Below the pieces are notes generated by a model. That model had not been told where the DNA came from and did not search any database. It saw only the letters and a list, made by a program, of their open reading frames with translations. DNA of 64,000 bases from Glaucostegus cemiculus (taxonomy: Eukaryota). Positions 1 to 13,295 of this stretch are shown here, one piece after another. The stretch is taken from the NCBI GenBank assembly GCA_976551045.1, contig CDPCPM010000013.1:10416001-10480000 (forward strand), given 5' to 3'. How positions within the stretch are numbered: the first letter of the stretch is position 1; every line of letters begins with the position of its first letter. A program made the translations under genes and the position numbers.

Positions 1-99
1 AAAACCCAACTAAATCACCATTCCAAATGATATTCATAAATTCAATCCAGACCAAAAACATTAAAAAATTACTAATCATCCTTCATTGTATCCGTTGTC

Positions 100-1578
100 C
101 CTGCACATTTACTCTGATGGCCCCAGGTGGTAGGTTGCTTACTTGCCATGGAGGAGGCAACAGTTGCCCCATAGGAAAACCTCTAGCAACTCTCACCTAG
201 TTGGTCCTTCTTTGGATTGCGCCTTCTCCACATTAATGTCAGCAGTTTAGAGTTATGGCTGACAGACAGCAGTGAGGGCATCAGCAGACTGGTAGAGGTG
301 AATTCACATTGTTATCATGACAGAGTAGGTGATCCCTGCTCTAGAGTCACAGCAAATCCCCAGGAGCTTGTCTGCAAGAAGACAGAGCTTCCATTGCACA
401 TGCTGACATTGCAGAACTTCTTCCAATGCTGCAGTCGAGGCTGAGAGCTCAGTCTTCAGACTCTGCACATTGGTTAGATGTGGAACTGGCTACCACTTCC
501 ATGCTGAAAGTTTGAGCTGCACGCACAAAGGTTGGAGCTGCCATCATGAATGGCATTTCATGTAAGCTTTCAGACACATCTTCCAATACCCAAAGCACAT
601 CCATAAGCCAATATATGTAAACAGCCTCATCAGAGTCCTCATCTGACTTATTTGGAGCAGATGTTGCAAGCAACTTTGCTTTTGGAGATGCTGAAACTCA
701 GGTTAATCTTACCCACCAGCCTGGCTGCATTCCCCTAGTGCCAGTGAATCACTGCATACAGATGCCACATCTAAACCATCCGCTAAAGTAACACACACAA
801 ATTGTTGGAATGGGTTATATGAATGTTAGCTAGGAGCAATGAAGGTGTATAGGATGGAGCAATATCTAAGACTAGTAGTGCAGTTGATGAGATTTCATAA
901 AATGCTCACTAACCTTGATCACAAACATGAGGTCATTAGAATCATTATGTCATTATGGCCCATCGGGTCTCTACTGACCATCACCCACCCATTTACACTA
1001 ATTCAACATTAATCCCATTTGTTTTATTCTCCCCACATTCTTTTCAACTCCCTCCAGATTCTACTCCTCACCTATACACTAGCGGCAATTTACAGTGGCC
1101 ACTTAACTTACCAACACAAGCGCCTTTAGAATGTGGGAGGAAACCAGAGCACCCAGAGGGAATACACATAGGCAGACGGAAAACGTGCAAACTCCACACA
1201 GACAGCACCCGAGGTCAGGATTGAACTTGGGTCTCTGGTGATGTGAGGCAACAGCTCTATTAGCTACGCACTGTGCCATCCACAACTTCTCATAACATTA
1301 CCCAGGTAAGAATTTCCTGACTCGTGATCTTCACCCTGTTGGCCACTTCCTCCCATTGACACTTCATGATAGATCTAGTTGACTCCCTGACCCCTGGGCA
1401 CTGAGGACCTCTTTCTTTCTCTCCACCTTTTTGACCAAAGCATTCAGAGCCTTGTCAGTAAGCTAGGGTGCCTACTCACTTCCAAACTCTTCCATACCTC
1501 ATCCAACCTTCCCAAAACCTTTGTAAAACATCTAGCAGTGTTCTCAGCTGGTGACGTAGATTCGTAAAATTGCACCCC
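100..1578 (-). mobile_element. Decayed PIF/Harbinger DNA transposon end carrying the Myb/SANT-like accessory ORF, split by a SINE
   Basis: The minus strand at ~1480-1285 translates with stops and frameshifts to AP*LTDKALNALVKKVERKKEVL...QWEEVANRV...TW. It resumes after the SINE (~940) as NDLMFVIK followed by a GTTAGT donor, which fits a Myb_DNA-bind_5/trihelix pattern. A TIR-like end AAAATTGCACCCC lies at 1566-1578. Confidence 0.7.
945..1281 (-). mobile_element. HE1-type tRNA-derived V-SINE
   Basis: tRNA-like head (GGCACAGTG...GTTCAATCC), V-core (GTGTGGAGTTTGCACGTT...TTCCTCCCACAT) and CR1-like tail. Confidence 0.85.
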
Positions 1579-1678
1579 ATAGTAATGTAGTAATTCAATG
1601 GACAATGTAGTGAGCACTGGCTAGATGCTTCAGTCATGATAAGGGAAGGGGAAAAGAGTGGGCTGGGGGAAAACAATC

Positions 1679-2464
1679 AGAACCATAGAACCATAGAACA
1701 ATACAACACAATACAGGCCCTTCTGCCCACCATGTTGTGCTGTCCATCAAACCACACCTCACTATCTAACCCTTTCTTCCCACATATCCCTCTATCCCAC
1801 ATTCCTCCATATGTCTATCCAACAATCTCTTGAACCTGTCTAATGTATCTGCCCCCACCACCACCCTAGGCAGTGCATTCCATGCACCAACCACTCTCTG
1901 GGTGAAAAACCTCTCTCTGACATCTCCTCCGAACTTCCCACCTATAATCTTAAAGCCATGCCCTCCTGTCTTGAGCATTGTTGCCCTGGGAAAGAGGCAC
2001 TGGCTGCCTACTCTATCTATTCCTCTCAATATTTTATACACCTCTATCAAGTCTCCTCTCATCCTCCTCCTCTCCAATGAGTAAAGCCCTAGCACCTTAA
2101 GCCTCTCCTCATATTCCATACTCACTAATCCAGGCAGCATCCTGGTAAATCTCCTCTGCACCCTCTCCAACGCCTCCATATCCTTCCCATAATGCGGCGA
2201 CCAGAAATGAACACAGTATTCTAAGTGTGGTCTAATTAGAGTTTTGTAAAGCTGCATCATTACTTCGCAGCTCTTAAACTTGATCCCATGACTTATGGGA
2301 GCTAACATCCTATAGGACTTCTTAACTGCCTTATCCACCTGCGAGGCAACTTTCAGTGAACTGTGGATATGAACCCCCAGATCCCTCTGCTCCTCTACAC
2401 TGCTGAGTACCCAGAATTTACCTTGTACTCTGCCCTGGAGTTTGTCCTTCCAAAGTGTACCACC
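1679..2464 (-). mobile_element. CR1 (HER1-like) LINE, 5'-truncated 3' fragment
   Basis: ORF 1766..2338(-) contains YKTLIRPHLEYCVHFWSP...LERVQRRFTRMLPG...RGDLIEVYKI...FFTQRVVGAWNALP, the CR1 ORF2 C-terminus. The 3' tail is a (TTCTATGG)n-type repeat. Confidence 0.95.
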
Positions 2465-3446
2465 AAGATATCAGATCAAATAGATGTGCATTTCTCATAC
2501 ATTATAATTTCAGCACACAATTCTCTGCCCTGTCCTTATGTGTCTCATGCACCTCCTGACTCATTCAAATTAAAAACCTTGCACAGGAGTACAAAAGTAA
2601 AGGAAGATTCCTGTCATTACTATCTTGCTATATTTTAATTCATTAAGCTCCCAGGCAGTTACTGTACTTCTTTCTTATTTTTTTTTAATTTTGCTATTCC
2701 TAAGTATTTGCTTTAAGAAACGGGTAGGCAGAAGGAATGTAGAGAGATGAACAGCAGGTTGCCAGGAGCAGAGTTATCAGAAATATGGGCTTCCCACAAA
2801 GACGTGCTCTCAGCACAAAACCACTCATAATAACCAACCACCTGTTTTTTTCCCCAATCAGTCGGCACTAAACCCATAATTTCTTAAGGTCTGGTTGTGC
2901 TGTTTGTTATTGCTTTACGTTTTTGCTGCAGTTCTGACAAATTCAGTTTCCCATCATCTAATTCCACCTTTAGCTATGGAGTAAACTGCTGTGAGGTTTT
3001 GTGCTTCACAACATCCATAAACAGGTGCTAACTAACAGCACCAGTTCATGATTCAGACAGCTGTCAATGCTCCAAGAGAACTAGAAGTGAATGGCAGATA
3101 GCAAATAAAAATACCATAAATTATCTTAAAATGGAGAGTGAGTCTGAAAAGATGGTAACAAATATTTTTTGTGCAGCACAATCCTCCAACTGCTATTTAA
3201 TACACTTGCATAAAGTGTCAATCAGTAACACTGAATGAATATGTAGGTGTCGCCAATTTTGCCTCGCATTAGGGATTCACTATTGAAGAAAGCGTGGTCA
3301 AAGTAAGGTTACAACACTTTAACCAGATTCTCCAGTTTGTGTTCCCTATGAGCAGAAGGTGGGAGACATTGCTGAAGTAGTCCTTGATACAACATCTTGA
3401 TTATTATTTTAGATAAAGTCTAGTACAGCATCTTAAGGCACAATAG

Positions 3447-3555
3447 TACAGATGCTGGAAATCTGAAAAACAAACAGAAAATGCTGGAGATTCTCAGCTG
3501 CACCTGTGAGGAGAAAGAGAATGGACGATTTGGGTCAATCACTTCTCATGGAAGG
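3447..3555. mobile_element. Penelope-type terminal-repeat fragment
   Basis: Motif CAGATGCTGGAAATCTGAAAAACAAACAGAAAATGCTGGAG recurs at ~16125, ~20240 and ~26725. Confidence 0.55.
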
Positions 3556-5621
3556 TAAAAAAACACAATTTTCTATTTTTTATTCTTAAACCTTATATTG
3601 TTGCATTTTATCCCCCAAAATTATGATTGCAAGATAAACAGTCTTAATGATACAAGCTACACATGTCAACATGGTACAGAAAGACTTACATGTTGGAAAG
3701 AACAACTCAAGTATAGCCCAGTGAAAGGGTATAGTTGAGTTGTTTGTACTGGATGTTCTGCTTCTGCAGGTTTTGCTTTTTCTTCCTTCTCTTCTTTTTT
3801 CTGTGCTTTGATTTTTTTTAGCTTTCATGTATAAACAGGCAAACACCTTCTCCCACAGCTTTAGTATTCAGTGTGCAGCACATCATTCTGCAGATTATAT
3901 TGCAAAGCAGCTCTGGTACACTCCAACCATCTGAACTATTGTTTCAATGTGTCATATGGCTACTCAAGAAAAGTTTCTGCCTCACATCTGCTTTAATGGA
4001 GGTCCTTTTCCTGATAAATTCAAGGATAGAAAAAGTTTAATGAACCATCCATTAATTTATAAACTAGATCTCTGCAGAACCTTGTGTTCAAGCCCAACAC
4101 CGATATACAAGTTATATTCACTCAGACATGGAATAATGTTTATTATGGCTGCATCAAAAGCAACATGGTCTTCTTTAATTCATCTAAATATTAGCAGCAG
4201 CATTGCAGGCAGTACATTAATACCACTTTCATTTCAATTCCACCTCCTGCAATCCACTATATAGAGCACATTCAATGCACCATCATCACTGTTTGTGTGC
4301 TGTACAATAATCTTCGTACTGTGAAACCTAACACTAGCCAAAATTCAAGGCAAAGTTAGGTAGGTGGAAGGCTGCTAAAAGCTGTGAAGGAACTCAAACT
4401 TTAGTATAGAAATAAAGACAGAGAAGAAATGATTGCAACATGAGAATGAAAGAAAACATAAAGGCAAATGTATATAAAATGTCTATTATGTTGTCCATCT
4501 TTGTTGTTTAATAAGCTTGATATTTTACTGTGTTTTACAGGATGATTGGTTCAAACACTCAGAAAAGAGTGTTCTCAAAAGCCACCCAGTAGAATATATT
4601 TGATGGTGTTGTTCGTCTGGCTTCATTGAGGACATACAATAGGGTCCAAAGGTACATTTGTATTCAAAGGTGCAGCAGCTGACTTGCTGCTCCATGCACC
4701 TCACTTGTCAGCAGATGAGTAGAGCAGAAGTTATTGAAATCTGTAAATTATAGATTTTATTCACCATATGTGTAACAGCCAAACCTAATTCAAAAAGATG
4801 AGTTGGCAGCATAAAAAATATTCATTTTTGAAATAGGAATAGCACAATTCAATAGAGTGAATAGTGCCAGTTCCCCATGTTACTCCTGTTAGGAAACATA
4901 TTCCAGCAATAAACATTGGCAAAGGCACAAAACTGGTGGTATTGGATCAGCTGCCTGTTATATACACTCTGATTTCCTTTTCCATTGAAGTCACACCTTT
5001 CCCAATGACCAACAGCAGCAATGTGTGAGGTTAGTTGCTTGGATACTAATGTTAGCATTTCAGTAATGTTTGACAATATCAGCACATTACCCAGGAACCA
5101 ATTGCAACAACACATTCAATAAAATTTGAGTCTTACTATCACCATCACAAGATTTAAATCCCAATTATTCTGAGTGGATAGGGTTGAGGGAGTCCTGCAG
5201 CACACAGCCACAATGGACTTTGAGAACTGTAAGGTTATGGTGTACATTGTGTACTTTTGTGATTAGGAAGGGATTGTATCTTCCATTTACAAATTATATG
5301 GTGAGAGGGAGGTATGCAGTAGAGAGGGAAGGATTGATATGGTCACTTATTAACACTTTTTTCCTCATTATGTGTACCATGATGCTGGGGAAGTAAGTTA
5401 CATTTCTAGTATTAACTTGCGAGGAACTACTACATGTATTTAGTTTGTCAGACCAATGGAGGTAATAGAAGCATTTTTGATATCACATGTTATTCATACA
5501 GTAATTGATAGCACGCTGATCTTCAATGCCCTTTTCTTATGATTGTAAATAGTCTTGTTCTCTGTGCCTTTTCACTTCTTATATCATCCCCAAGGTAACT
5601 TCGAGAAGTCTTGGGACCTTA

Positions 5622-5874
5622 GGGCGGCACGATAGCGTAGTGGTTAGCGCAACGCTGTTACAGCGCCAGCGATTGGGGTTCGATTCCCGTCGCTGACTGT
5701 AAGGAGTTTGTACATTTTCCCGTGTCTGCGTGAGTTTCCTCCAGGTGCTCCGGTTTCCTCCCACATTCTAAAGACGTACGGGTAGGTTAATTTGGGGGTT
5801 TAGAATGGGCAGCACGGACTCATTGGGCCGAAAGGGCCTGTTACCACACTGTAAATAAAATTAATTAATTAAAT
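5622..5874 (+). mobile_element. Young tRNA-derived V-SINE, type A (CR1-like tail)
   Basis: Pol III A box TAGCGTAGTGG and B box GGTTCGATTCC (5677-5687), V-core, tail GGGCCGAAAGGGCCTGTTACCAC.CTGTAAATAAA. Closely similar copies at 12.5, 34.3, 50.7 and 51.8 kb. Confidence 0.92.
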
Positions 5875-7244
5875 ACAGCAAAACCCACAATGCTGGTTCC
5901 CCTTCCTTTTGTTTGTCACCACATCCCTACTCAGTCCCAGACTTCATGAGACTTTGACTGTTTTCTGAGCCTGTAAGTTGCAGCTGACCTTTAACTGCCA
6001 CTTTGAATAAGAGTGTTTTTTCCTCCCAGTGACAAAGAAGCACTCAGTAGTAGGATTCTCACATTTGTATTTTACCATCCAAAGTCAATTAGCACTATCC
6101 TTTTCATTCCCTAAGGTAAATACAGTTAGCTGTTGGCCAGATTACATGAGAAGTCAAAGGTCTCACATTTCAATTTTTCTGACAAGTCCTAGGAATATCC
6201 AACACAGTGCTTCATGTTGTGGCAGCAATATTTTACAATGCAAACATCCAGATTTAGGAAAACAGCCACTGTTCTCTGGTCTAACCTGAATTCAGTGCAG
6301 CTTTGCTTCCGAAGGATTGAGTTGAAATGTTGGCCATGATATCTACTGGCAATATTCTTTCAGATGAGCTTACATATCTGACCTTTTTGTTGGAAATGTA
6401 CTGTGCACTTACAATATAATTGCAGACAATATGTAATTAATTTAGTTAATTATTTTTAATTTAGTCACAACTACAGTCCGTGCAGGAACAGCAGGGGAGT
6501 GTTAGTTCTGGAAGTCTCCTTCCATTTCAGTCAATTATGAAGAAACCTTGATTAATATGGTATCCAAACCTACCAAGACCTTGGCAGCAAAATAAATTCA
6601 TTAATTTCAAATGTTGAAGGGAAAGAAATCACTCCTGGAAAACTGCCCTTGATCACTGGCATCTCTCCCAACTTGCACCTGTTGATCAAATAATCAGATA
6701 ATTGGTAAAATTCATCACAAATTTTCAGCAGTTTTCTGAAGTCAGCAAGATGCAGTTTTAACATACTGGCATAAATAGGACCAGAAATTCTACTTCAACA
6801 GCCATATGCTGGGTCTTTGTTGGAGATTTTTAAGAAGACTATATTCATTACTGTACAATTTCTTCAATTTATATCCAAATCCAAACTTTCTTAGCTTTCT
6901 ACCAAACTAATAGCAATGAATGTGCACTTGCTAAGTGATAAATCACAGTCTTTGTAATGACTTGGTGTTGCTAATTTGGGAAAGCTAGTCAAAATGAGGT
7001 GAGTTGTTCCTTAACTGAAGGCAAAGGAATAAGGTGGACACTTCCACTGTATTGTCCATTTAGCTCAAGTGACTGAGGAGGAATTTCTATTCTGTTATGT
7101 TACTGTGTGAAAATCCAGCACTGTGCCCTCAGAGGGAGTTCAGAGGGAGCAAGGAGAGATCAAAGATTGCTGTTGTTGGGGGGAATCAGCATTGTTTCTG
7201 AAAAGAGATCAGAAAAATCAAGTAAGCCTTTGAACGATAATCAG

Positions 7245-7400
7245 ACGAGCCATACAATGCAGAAACGGGCCCTCAGCCCACCATGTCCATGCCAACCACC
7301 AGATACCTATCTAAGTTAGTTCTTTTTACCAGCATTTGATCCATAGCCTTTAATGCCTTGCTGATTTAAGTGTTCGTCTCGATACCTCTAAAATACTACG
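7245..7400 (-). mobile_element. CR1 3'-UTR fragment
   Basis: AGAAACGGGCCCTCAGCCCACCATGTCCATGCC resembles the CR1 3' ends at ~1710 and ~10025. Confidence 0.6.
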
Positions 7401-7809
7401 ACAGTACCGACTTGCCTGCTTAAGAGTGGTGATGTTGCGAGATTGGGAGGGCTGAAGAAGGGATGGTTGGAGTGATTGGTGTTGGTGGAGAAAGCAGAAG
7501 GTTCAGGACGAATGTCTAATTACAGGAACAGGTGAAGCAGCTAAATTGAAATTAGCAGGTTAGTCAAAAGGCCCTCACCTCCTGAATCCAGTATCCTTGT
7601 CTCCCTTTAGCCATTAGGTTTCTTGAAGCAGTGAAAACCCATTTGGACAGGATTGACTTTAAAATCGTGGCTAATTCCAAGCGACATGGCCTCATCATAA
7701 ATTTAAAGGCCAACTGTCTCCTGTGAGAAGGAACTTGGCAGTAATTATGACATATTGTTAAAAATTCACTTACATATGAACATTGCAGTCCTAACGTTTT
7801 CTGTCATGC

Positions 7810-9025
7810 TTAGGAACTTGGAAAAAGGGAACTTGTAGCCTCGAGAGCCAGTTCCAACATTCAATGAGATCATGACTACCTGCTTTACCCCAATATCCCA
7901 AAATGTCTCTGGTTAATCAAAATTTATCAATCTCAGATTTAGAATTAACCATTGGCTAAGCATCAATTGCTGTTTGAAACAGAGTACTCCAACATACTCT
8001 GTAAATGGAAGTGTTTCCTAACTTTACTCCTAGGACTTGGAAGTGTAGTTTTGCTTAAATATCCTAGTCCTAGGGTCCCAGCATGTTCTTACCATCTATT
8101 TTATTAGCTCACCTTAATATCTTGAAAACTTCAAAGTTCCAAGGAAATACCCTGACTTCTGTAATCTGTTCTTGTAATTTAGTCCATGGCAGGGGCATAC
8201 AGAAGGAGTGAACAGGGGGAATGGGGGAAGGGAGACAAGCAGCAGCACACCACTCTCAATAATCATCTAAATAAATGAGGTTATGGACCACAAGTACATG
8301 TTTACCCCTCAACATTAAGGACATGTAGCATAACTCTCCAAAAGCCAACAACTCTAAATTCTTGTGCACAACTTTGATTCTTTATATCCAGATTATCTGT
8401 CTGACATGTCTACAGGGAACTGCCTCCAAGAATATATGTTTCCCACACTGTAGTGCCCAGAATTGGTCACTGTAATCGAGCTGTAGTCTCATCATGGTTT
8501 TGTATAGACTGTGGCATATCTTTTAGATAGATAAATATCTTTATTAGTCACATGTACATCGAAACACACAGTGAAATGCATCTTTTGCATAGAGTGTTCT
8601 AGGGGCAGCCCACAAGTGTCGCCACTCCTTTGACGCCAACATAGCATGCCCACAACTCCTTCACCCCATACGTCTTTGGAATGTGGGAGGAAACCGGAGC
8701 ACCCAGAGGAAACCTACACAGACACGGGGAGAACATAAAAACTCCTTGTAGACAGTGGCCAGAATTGAACCCGATTCGCCGGCGCTGTAATAGCATTACG
8801 CTAGCTATTGCACCAACGTGCCTGCACCTACACCTTCGACACCTTCATGCTCTATTCCTCCAGACATGAAAGCCAGCATTAATTAATCCTTTTAATTGTT
8901 TTCAGTATGTGCTCAATGATCCTTGTAAATAGACCTCTCCCTGCATCTACCTAGATTCGCACTGCTTCTAGATTTTCAACATCTAAAGAGTACTCCATCC
9001 TATTTTCATTATGTACAAAGTGGAC
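7810..9025 (-). mobile_element. Highly decayed CR1 fragment interrupted by a SINE
   Basis: CR1-antisense motifs CCAACATTCAATGAGATCATG, GAAGTGTTTCCTAAC and GTGCCCAGAATTGGTCAC...GTAGTCTCATCATGGTTTTGTATAG. Confidence 0.55.
8524..8823 (-). mobile_element. V-SINE type B (Rex1-like tail)
   Basis: Head and V-core like type A, but the tail is GATGCATTTCACTGTGTGTTTCGATGTACATGTGACTAATAAAGATAT. Copies at 60187 and 61729. Confidence 0.88.
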
Positions 9026-9949
9026 CCAACTGACAAAGACCCGTTGTAGAGATCAGAAATTCTCACAATGGAGCTTCATCCACCAGGAATAAGCATTCGT
9101 AATTCAATCTGTGTAGAGAGTTACTGAATAGAAATGTCCGTGAGATTTACTGAGCTTCACACCACCATTGGAGTTCCACACCAGGAGTACAGATTTCTGA
9201 GATTTCCATTGTGTTGTTGTTCTCATTGTGCAAATTATATTCACATCAACAGCATAATCCTGCAGATTCTTGTTTGGAAAATTAACAGGAATTTCAGTAA
9301 ACCCACTGAAGACTTTACAGTGCTGATAAGGTTTGCATTCCTCAGCCATTTGTTAACTTACATTTTTCAAAACGTGCCTCTAAATGAGAGGAGCATTTGC
9401 TTATAACCATTATGCTTGCTTATCACCTTAAACTCCTGACTTCAATCATGGAGCCGCTGGATTTATAAAACCGAATGTGCCATTAAAGTACTTCTTTAAC
9501 ATCCTTTACTGTGTTGAAGGTCACGTTCACAACCTTTTATCCATCTCCACAGGAGAAGAGGCAATGAATGGCAAGTGACATGACAAAGCACACTTCCCAC
9601 TCCTTCTAGCTAGCACCTTGGTGTTCATGTAATTTTCTACCAATACATGGTTAACAGAAAGTATTTTAAAAATTAGGAAGTCTCACTTAGCAACTTGTCT
9701 CTTAGCTGTTAGCAGATGCACACAGAATCTCATTACTAAGGTGTTCACGCTTCAGAGAGGTGCAAATGGTTGATTGAAGTTGATTGGGGATCAGAATTTA
9801 CCCAAGATTTGCAGAGCTTACTACATGAATTAGACCTGATTATGTACCTACTGAACAGCATTTTTTTGTAAGCCTTTAACCACAAGCCCCCATTTTGTGT
9901 TTTGCTTTGTGTATTTGTAAAATGATATTATTGAAACATCAGCTACAGA

Positions 9950-10540
9950 AAAGAGGATGGGCCTGTTTTCCCTGGAGCAGAGGAGGGTAAGAGGAGTCAT
10001 AAAGCAATGGAGCAATACAGCATGGATACAGGCCCTTCGGCCCAACCACTCCAATGCAGACCATGGTGCCCTCCCAGCTAGTACCAACTTCCTGCATTCG
10101 GCCCACATTCCTCCAAGCCCTGCCCCTCCATGTACCTATCCAAGTGCTTCTTAAGTGACACTATTGTACCTGCCTCACCCACTTCCTCTGGCAGCTATGA
10201 TTGAGTATATAAAATTAAGAGGGGGATAAAAAAGGTAGACTGCAGGAAACTTCTCTGCATACCAGAGGTAGATAAAACTAGATTTAGAATCAGGGGTAAG
10301 AGATTTAGAAGGGACCTGAGGGGGACCTTTCTCACCCAGAGAGTGGTAAATACCTGGAATATACTGCCTGAGAGTGATGGGAGCAGTGTCACTGACAGCA
10401 TTTAAGAAGTGTCTAGTTGAGCACTTGAATCACTTAGGCAGTGGGCCAAGTGCTGAAAGATGAGATTAATACAGATGGGTGCTGACTGTTCAGCGTCGAG
10501 GTGGTGGGAGAATGGTCAGTTTAAAGACTGTATGACTCTA
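9950..10540 (+). mobile_element. CR1 3' fragment with a nested opposite-strand CR1 3' end (~9997-10195)
   Basis: MGLFSLEQRR... resumes after the insert as ATGATTGAGTATATAAAATT and TTTCTCACCCAGAGAGTGGTAAATACCTGGAAT (FLTQRVVNTWN). Confidence 0.8.
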
Positions 10541-10794
10541 TGGCTAAACTATAGTAAAATGTTATCCTACTTGTCCAAGATGCAGTCCAGTCCCTGTAGT
10601 GCCCACAGGATCCAGGAGACCTCCAGTAAGCTGCCAGACACCACATGATCTTTCTCCAGGTACAAACATAACCAAAGAAGCGGGGGCAGACATTCAGCTC
10701 AGAAGGACTCTCCGAACAAACTGATTGATCACATCCAGGATCAGTGCGACCAGGAGGTCCCAGAACCAAAATACTTTTCTCTGCACCAGATGCC

Positions 10795-11945
10795 CAAAAT
10801 CAGTTTATTATCATATGTATAAGTACGTGTATGCACAGGTGCAATTAAAAATTTACTTGCAGCAGCATCACAGGCACATAGCATCTGATAAGCAGCATTC
10901 AATAAGAAAAACATAAATTGAACATAAATTATACAAATTTTTTCCAAGAAAGCAATGAAATAGAACAAAACACAACGAAGTCCATTTTAGTGCAAAGTGA
11001 TCAAAGCCGTCCTAGTGTTGCTAAACTGTAGTGATTAGGTTTGTGCCGGTTGGTCCATGAATAGAATGGTTGAAGGGAAGTAACTGTTCTTGAACCTGGT
11101 GATGTGGGACTTCAGGTTCTGTACCTCCTGCCTGATGGTAGCAGTTAGAAGATGGCACGGCCTGGGTTGTGGGGATTTTTGAAGATGGATATTGCCTTCT
11201 TGAGGCAGCACCTCCTGTAGATACTACTGATGGTGGAGAGGGATGTGCCTGTGATATATTGGGCTAAGTCCACTACTGTCAGCAGTTTCTTATGTTCCTG
11301 TGCATTCAAATGACCATACCAAACCATGATGCAACCATGGATACTGTCAACAGTACATCTGTAGAAGTTTGTTAGAGTCTTTGGTGACAAGCCAAACATC
11401 CTTAACCTCCTAATAAAGACACTGGCATCTATGCATTCTAAAGACAATTGCATCTATGTGCTGGGCCCAGGACAGATTATCTGATATGTCAACACCCAGG
11501 AATTTGAAGCTGCTGACTCTCTCCACTGTTGATCCCCCAATGTAGGCTGGCACATGTTCACCCTCCTTCCCCTTCCTGAAGTCTACTATCAGCTGTTTAG
11601 TTTTACTGACATTTACTGAGAGGTTGTTGTTGTGGCACCACTAAGCCAGGTGTACTATCTCGCTTCCATACACTGACTCATCACCATCTGTGATTCATCC
11701 AGCAACAGTGGTGCTGTTGGAATTTATATATGGAATTGGAGCTGTGCTTAGCCACACAGTCATATGTGTATAGGGAGTGGAGCAGGGGGCTAAGCACAGA
11801 GCCTTGTTCACCCTTGCTGATGGTCGGCAAGGAGGAGATGTTGCTACCAAACCTCACTGATTGCGGTCTGCCAATGAGTATCCAGTTGCAGAGGGAGGTA
11901 CAGAGACCCAGGTCTTGAAGCTTGATGATGAGTTTGGATGGGATG
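10795..11945 (-). mobile_element. Rex1/Babar LINE, 5'-truncated
   Basis: ORFs 11681..11971(-) ([20 protein letters not shown]...[17 protein letters not shown]) and 11145..11453(-) (FIRRLRMFGLSPKTLTNFYRCTVDSI..CIMVWYG) match the Rex1 RT and C-terminus. Confidence 0.9.
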
Positions 11946-12472
11946 TTTGGATGGGTTGGGCTAAAGAGCAACTAGAAATTGAGGAGCAGCTCCTTCAAGT
12001 ACTCAAAGAGAAGTTGTAACCTTATGAACTCCATGAAGACATGGAAGACAGGCATGTCCAGGCTGCAGAAATGACAGATCGCCAAGAGTCCACAAACTAG
12101 CTTAAAAGTCTGTTGATGGGATTGTTCCATGCAACACTGAACTGTATTATCGCATTATCTTTGTAATTAATTCCCATAGCAATGGATATTATGTCTGGAA
12201 TGATTGCCTGAGGCAGCCGTGGATGCAACTGGTGAGGTTTATATAACAATAAAATAGATGTCCTTGTGACTTGATCGATGTTGACATATATAAAAACCCT
12301 GCTACATAAACTACACAAAATGCAGTTGCCATCCAAAATCTCTATGGCCTGGAACATTTGCAGCCTTCTCCCAGTCTTTTGTTATTAAGTCTAGCTGACC
12401 TGCCTCCCCACCCACACCATTACCTCCCTTTGTCCGCTTTTGGACAGGGAAAGACACTTTAAACAGATGCAT

Positions 12473-12719
12473 ATTTTTTTTTAATTTACAGCATGGTAAC
12501 AGGCCCTTTTGGCCCTCCGAGTCCACGCCGCCCATTTTAAACCCCCAAATTAACCTACCCGTACATCTTTCAGAATGTGGGAGGAAACCGGAGCACCCGG
12601 AGGAAACCCACGCAGACACGGGAGAACGTACAAACTCCTTACAGACAGCGATGGGAATCGAACCCCGATCGCTGGCGCTGTAACAGCGTCGCGCTAACCG
12701 CTACGTTATCATGCCGCCC
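12473..12719 (-). mobile_element. V-SINE type A
   Basis: Full-length copy, reverse complement of the 5622 family, with an A-rich tail. Confidence 0.92.
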
Positions 12720-12967
12720 TATTATACACGCCATATTATACACGTGTTTTTGCACATGTCCTTAATATTCAATGAATATTAGTTTAGGAGGTGAGCGGGG
12801 GGGGGGGGGGGTGGGGGGAGGTGTCAGGAGGTCAGCAGGAGCTCTGCCCATGCTCTATTCTTCTGAGTACACACAAACCTACTGGTGTATTGGCAAAATA
12901 ATTGCACCTGATTCTGCCCAGAGAGGCAAATACACTAGAACATATTTTCCTCAAAATAATATTTAAA

Positions 12968-13295
12968 TGGACAGCACAGTGGCCCTGCCATTATTGCTGC
13001 TATCTCATAGCTCCAAGGACCTGAGTTCAATCCTTGACTCCAATGCTGACTGTGTGGAGTTTGCAGGTTTTTTTCATGAGCATGTGAGTTTCCCGCAGGT
13101 GTTCCACTTTTCTCTCACATCTCTAAGATGTGCTGAATGCTGCAAATTATTCCTCAGTGCAGGTTAATGACTAAAAAAATTAAAGGGGATTTGTTGGGAA
13201 GTGGAAGAAAATAAGTTACAGGGGTACAGGGAAGTAAGGAGAGTAAAACTAGAGCCACCAGGGACCCTATGGCTGAATGGCCACCTTCTGCATTG
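12968..13295 (+). mobile_element. Older HE1-type SINE
   Basis: GGACAGCACAGTGG head, GAGTTCAATCC B box and TGTGTGGAGTTTGCAGG core. Confidence 0.75.

Noticed and set aside
5622-5700. tRNA-like sequence with A and B boxes
   Set aside because: It is a SINE head that continues into the V-core and LINE-like tail, not a standalone tRNA gene.
5579-5764. Recurring small ORFs such as MGGNRSTRRKPTQTRENVQTPY (also 12577, 50746, 8681)
   Set aside because: They are reading frames across SINE copies, not a gene family.
12797-12822. Poly-G run
   Set aside because: Simple homopolymer, possibly with assembly length error, and no supporting context.
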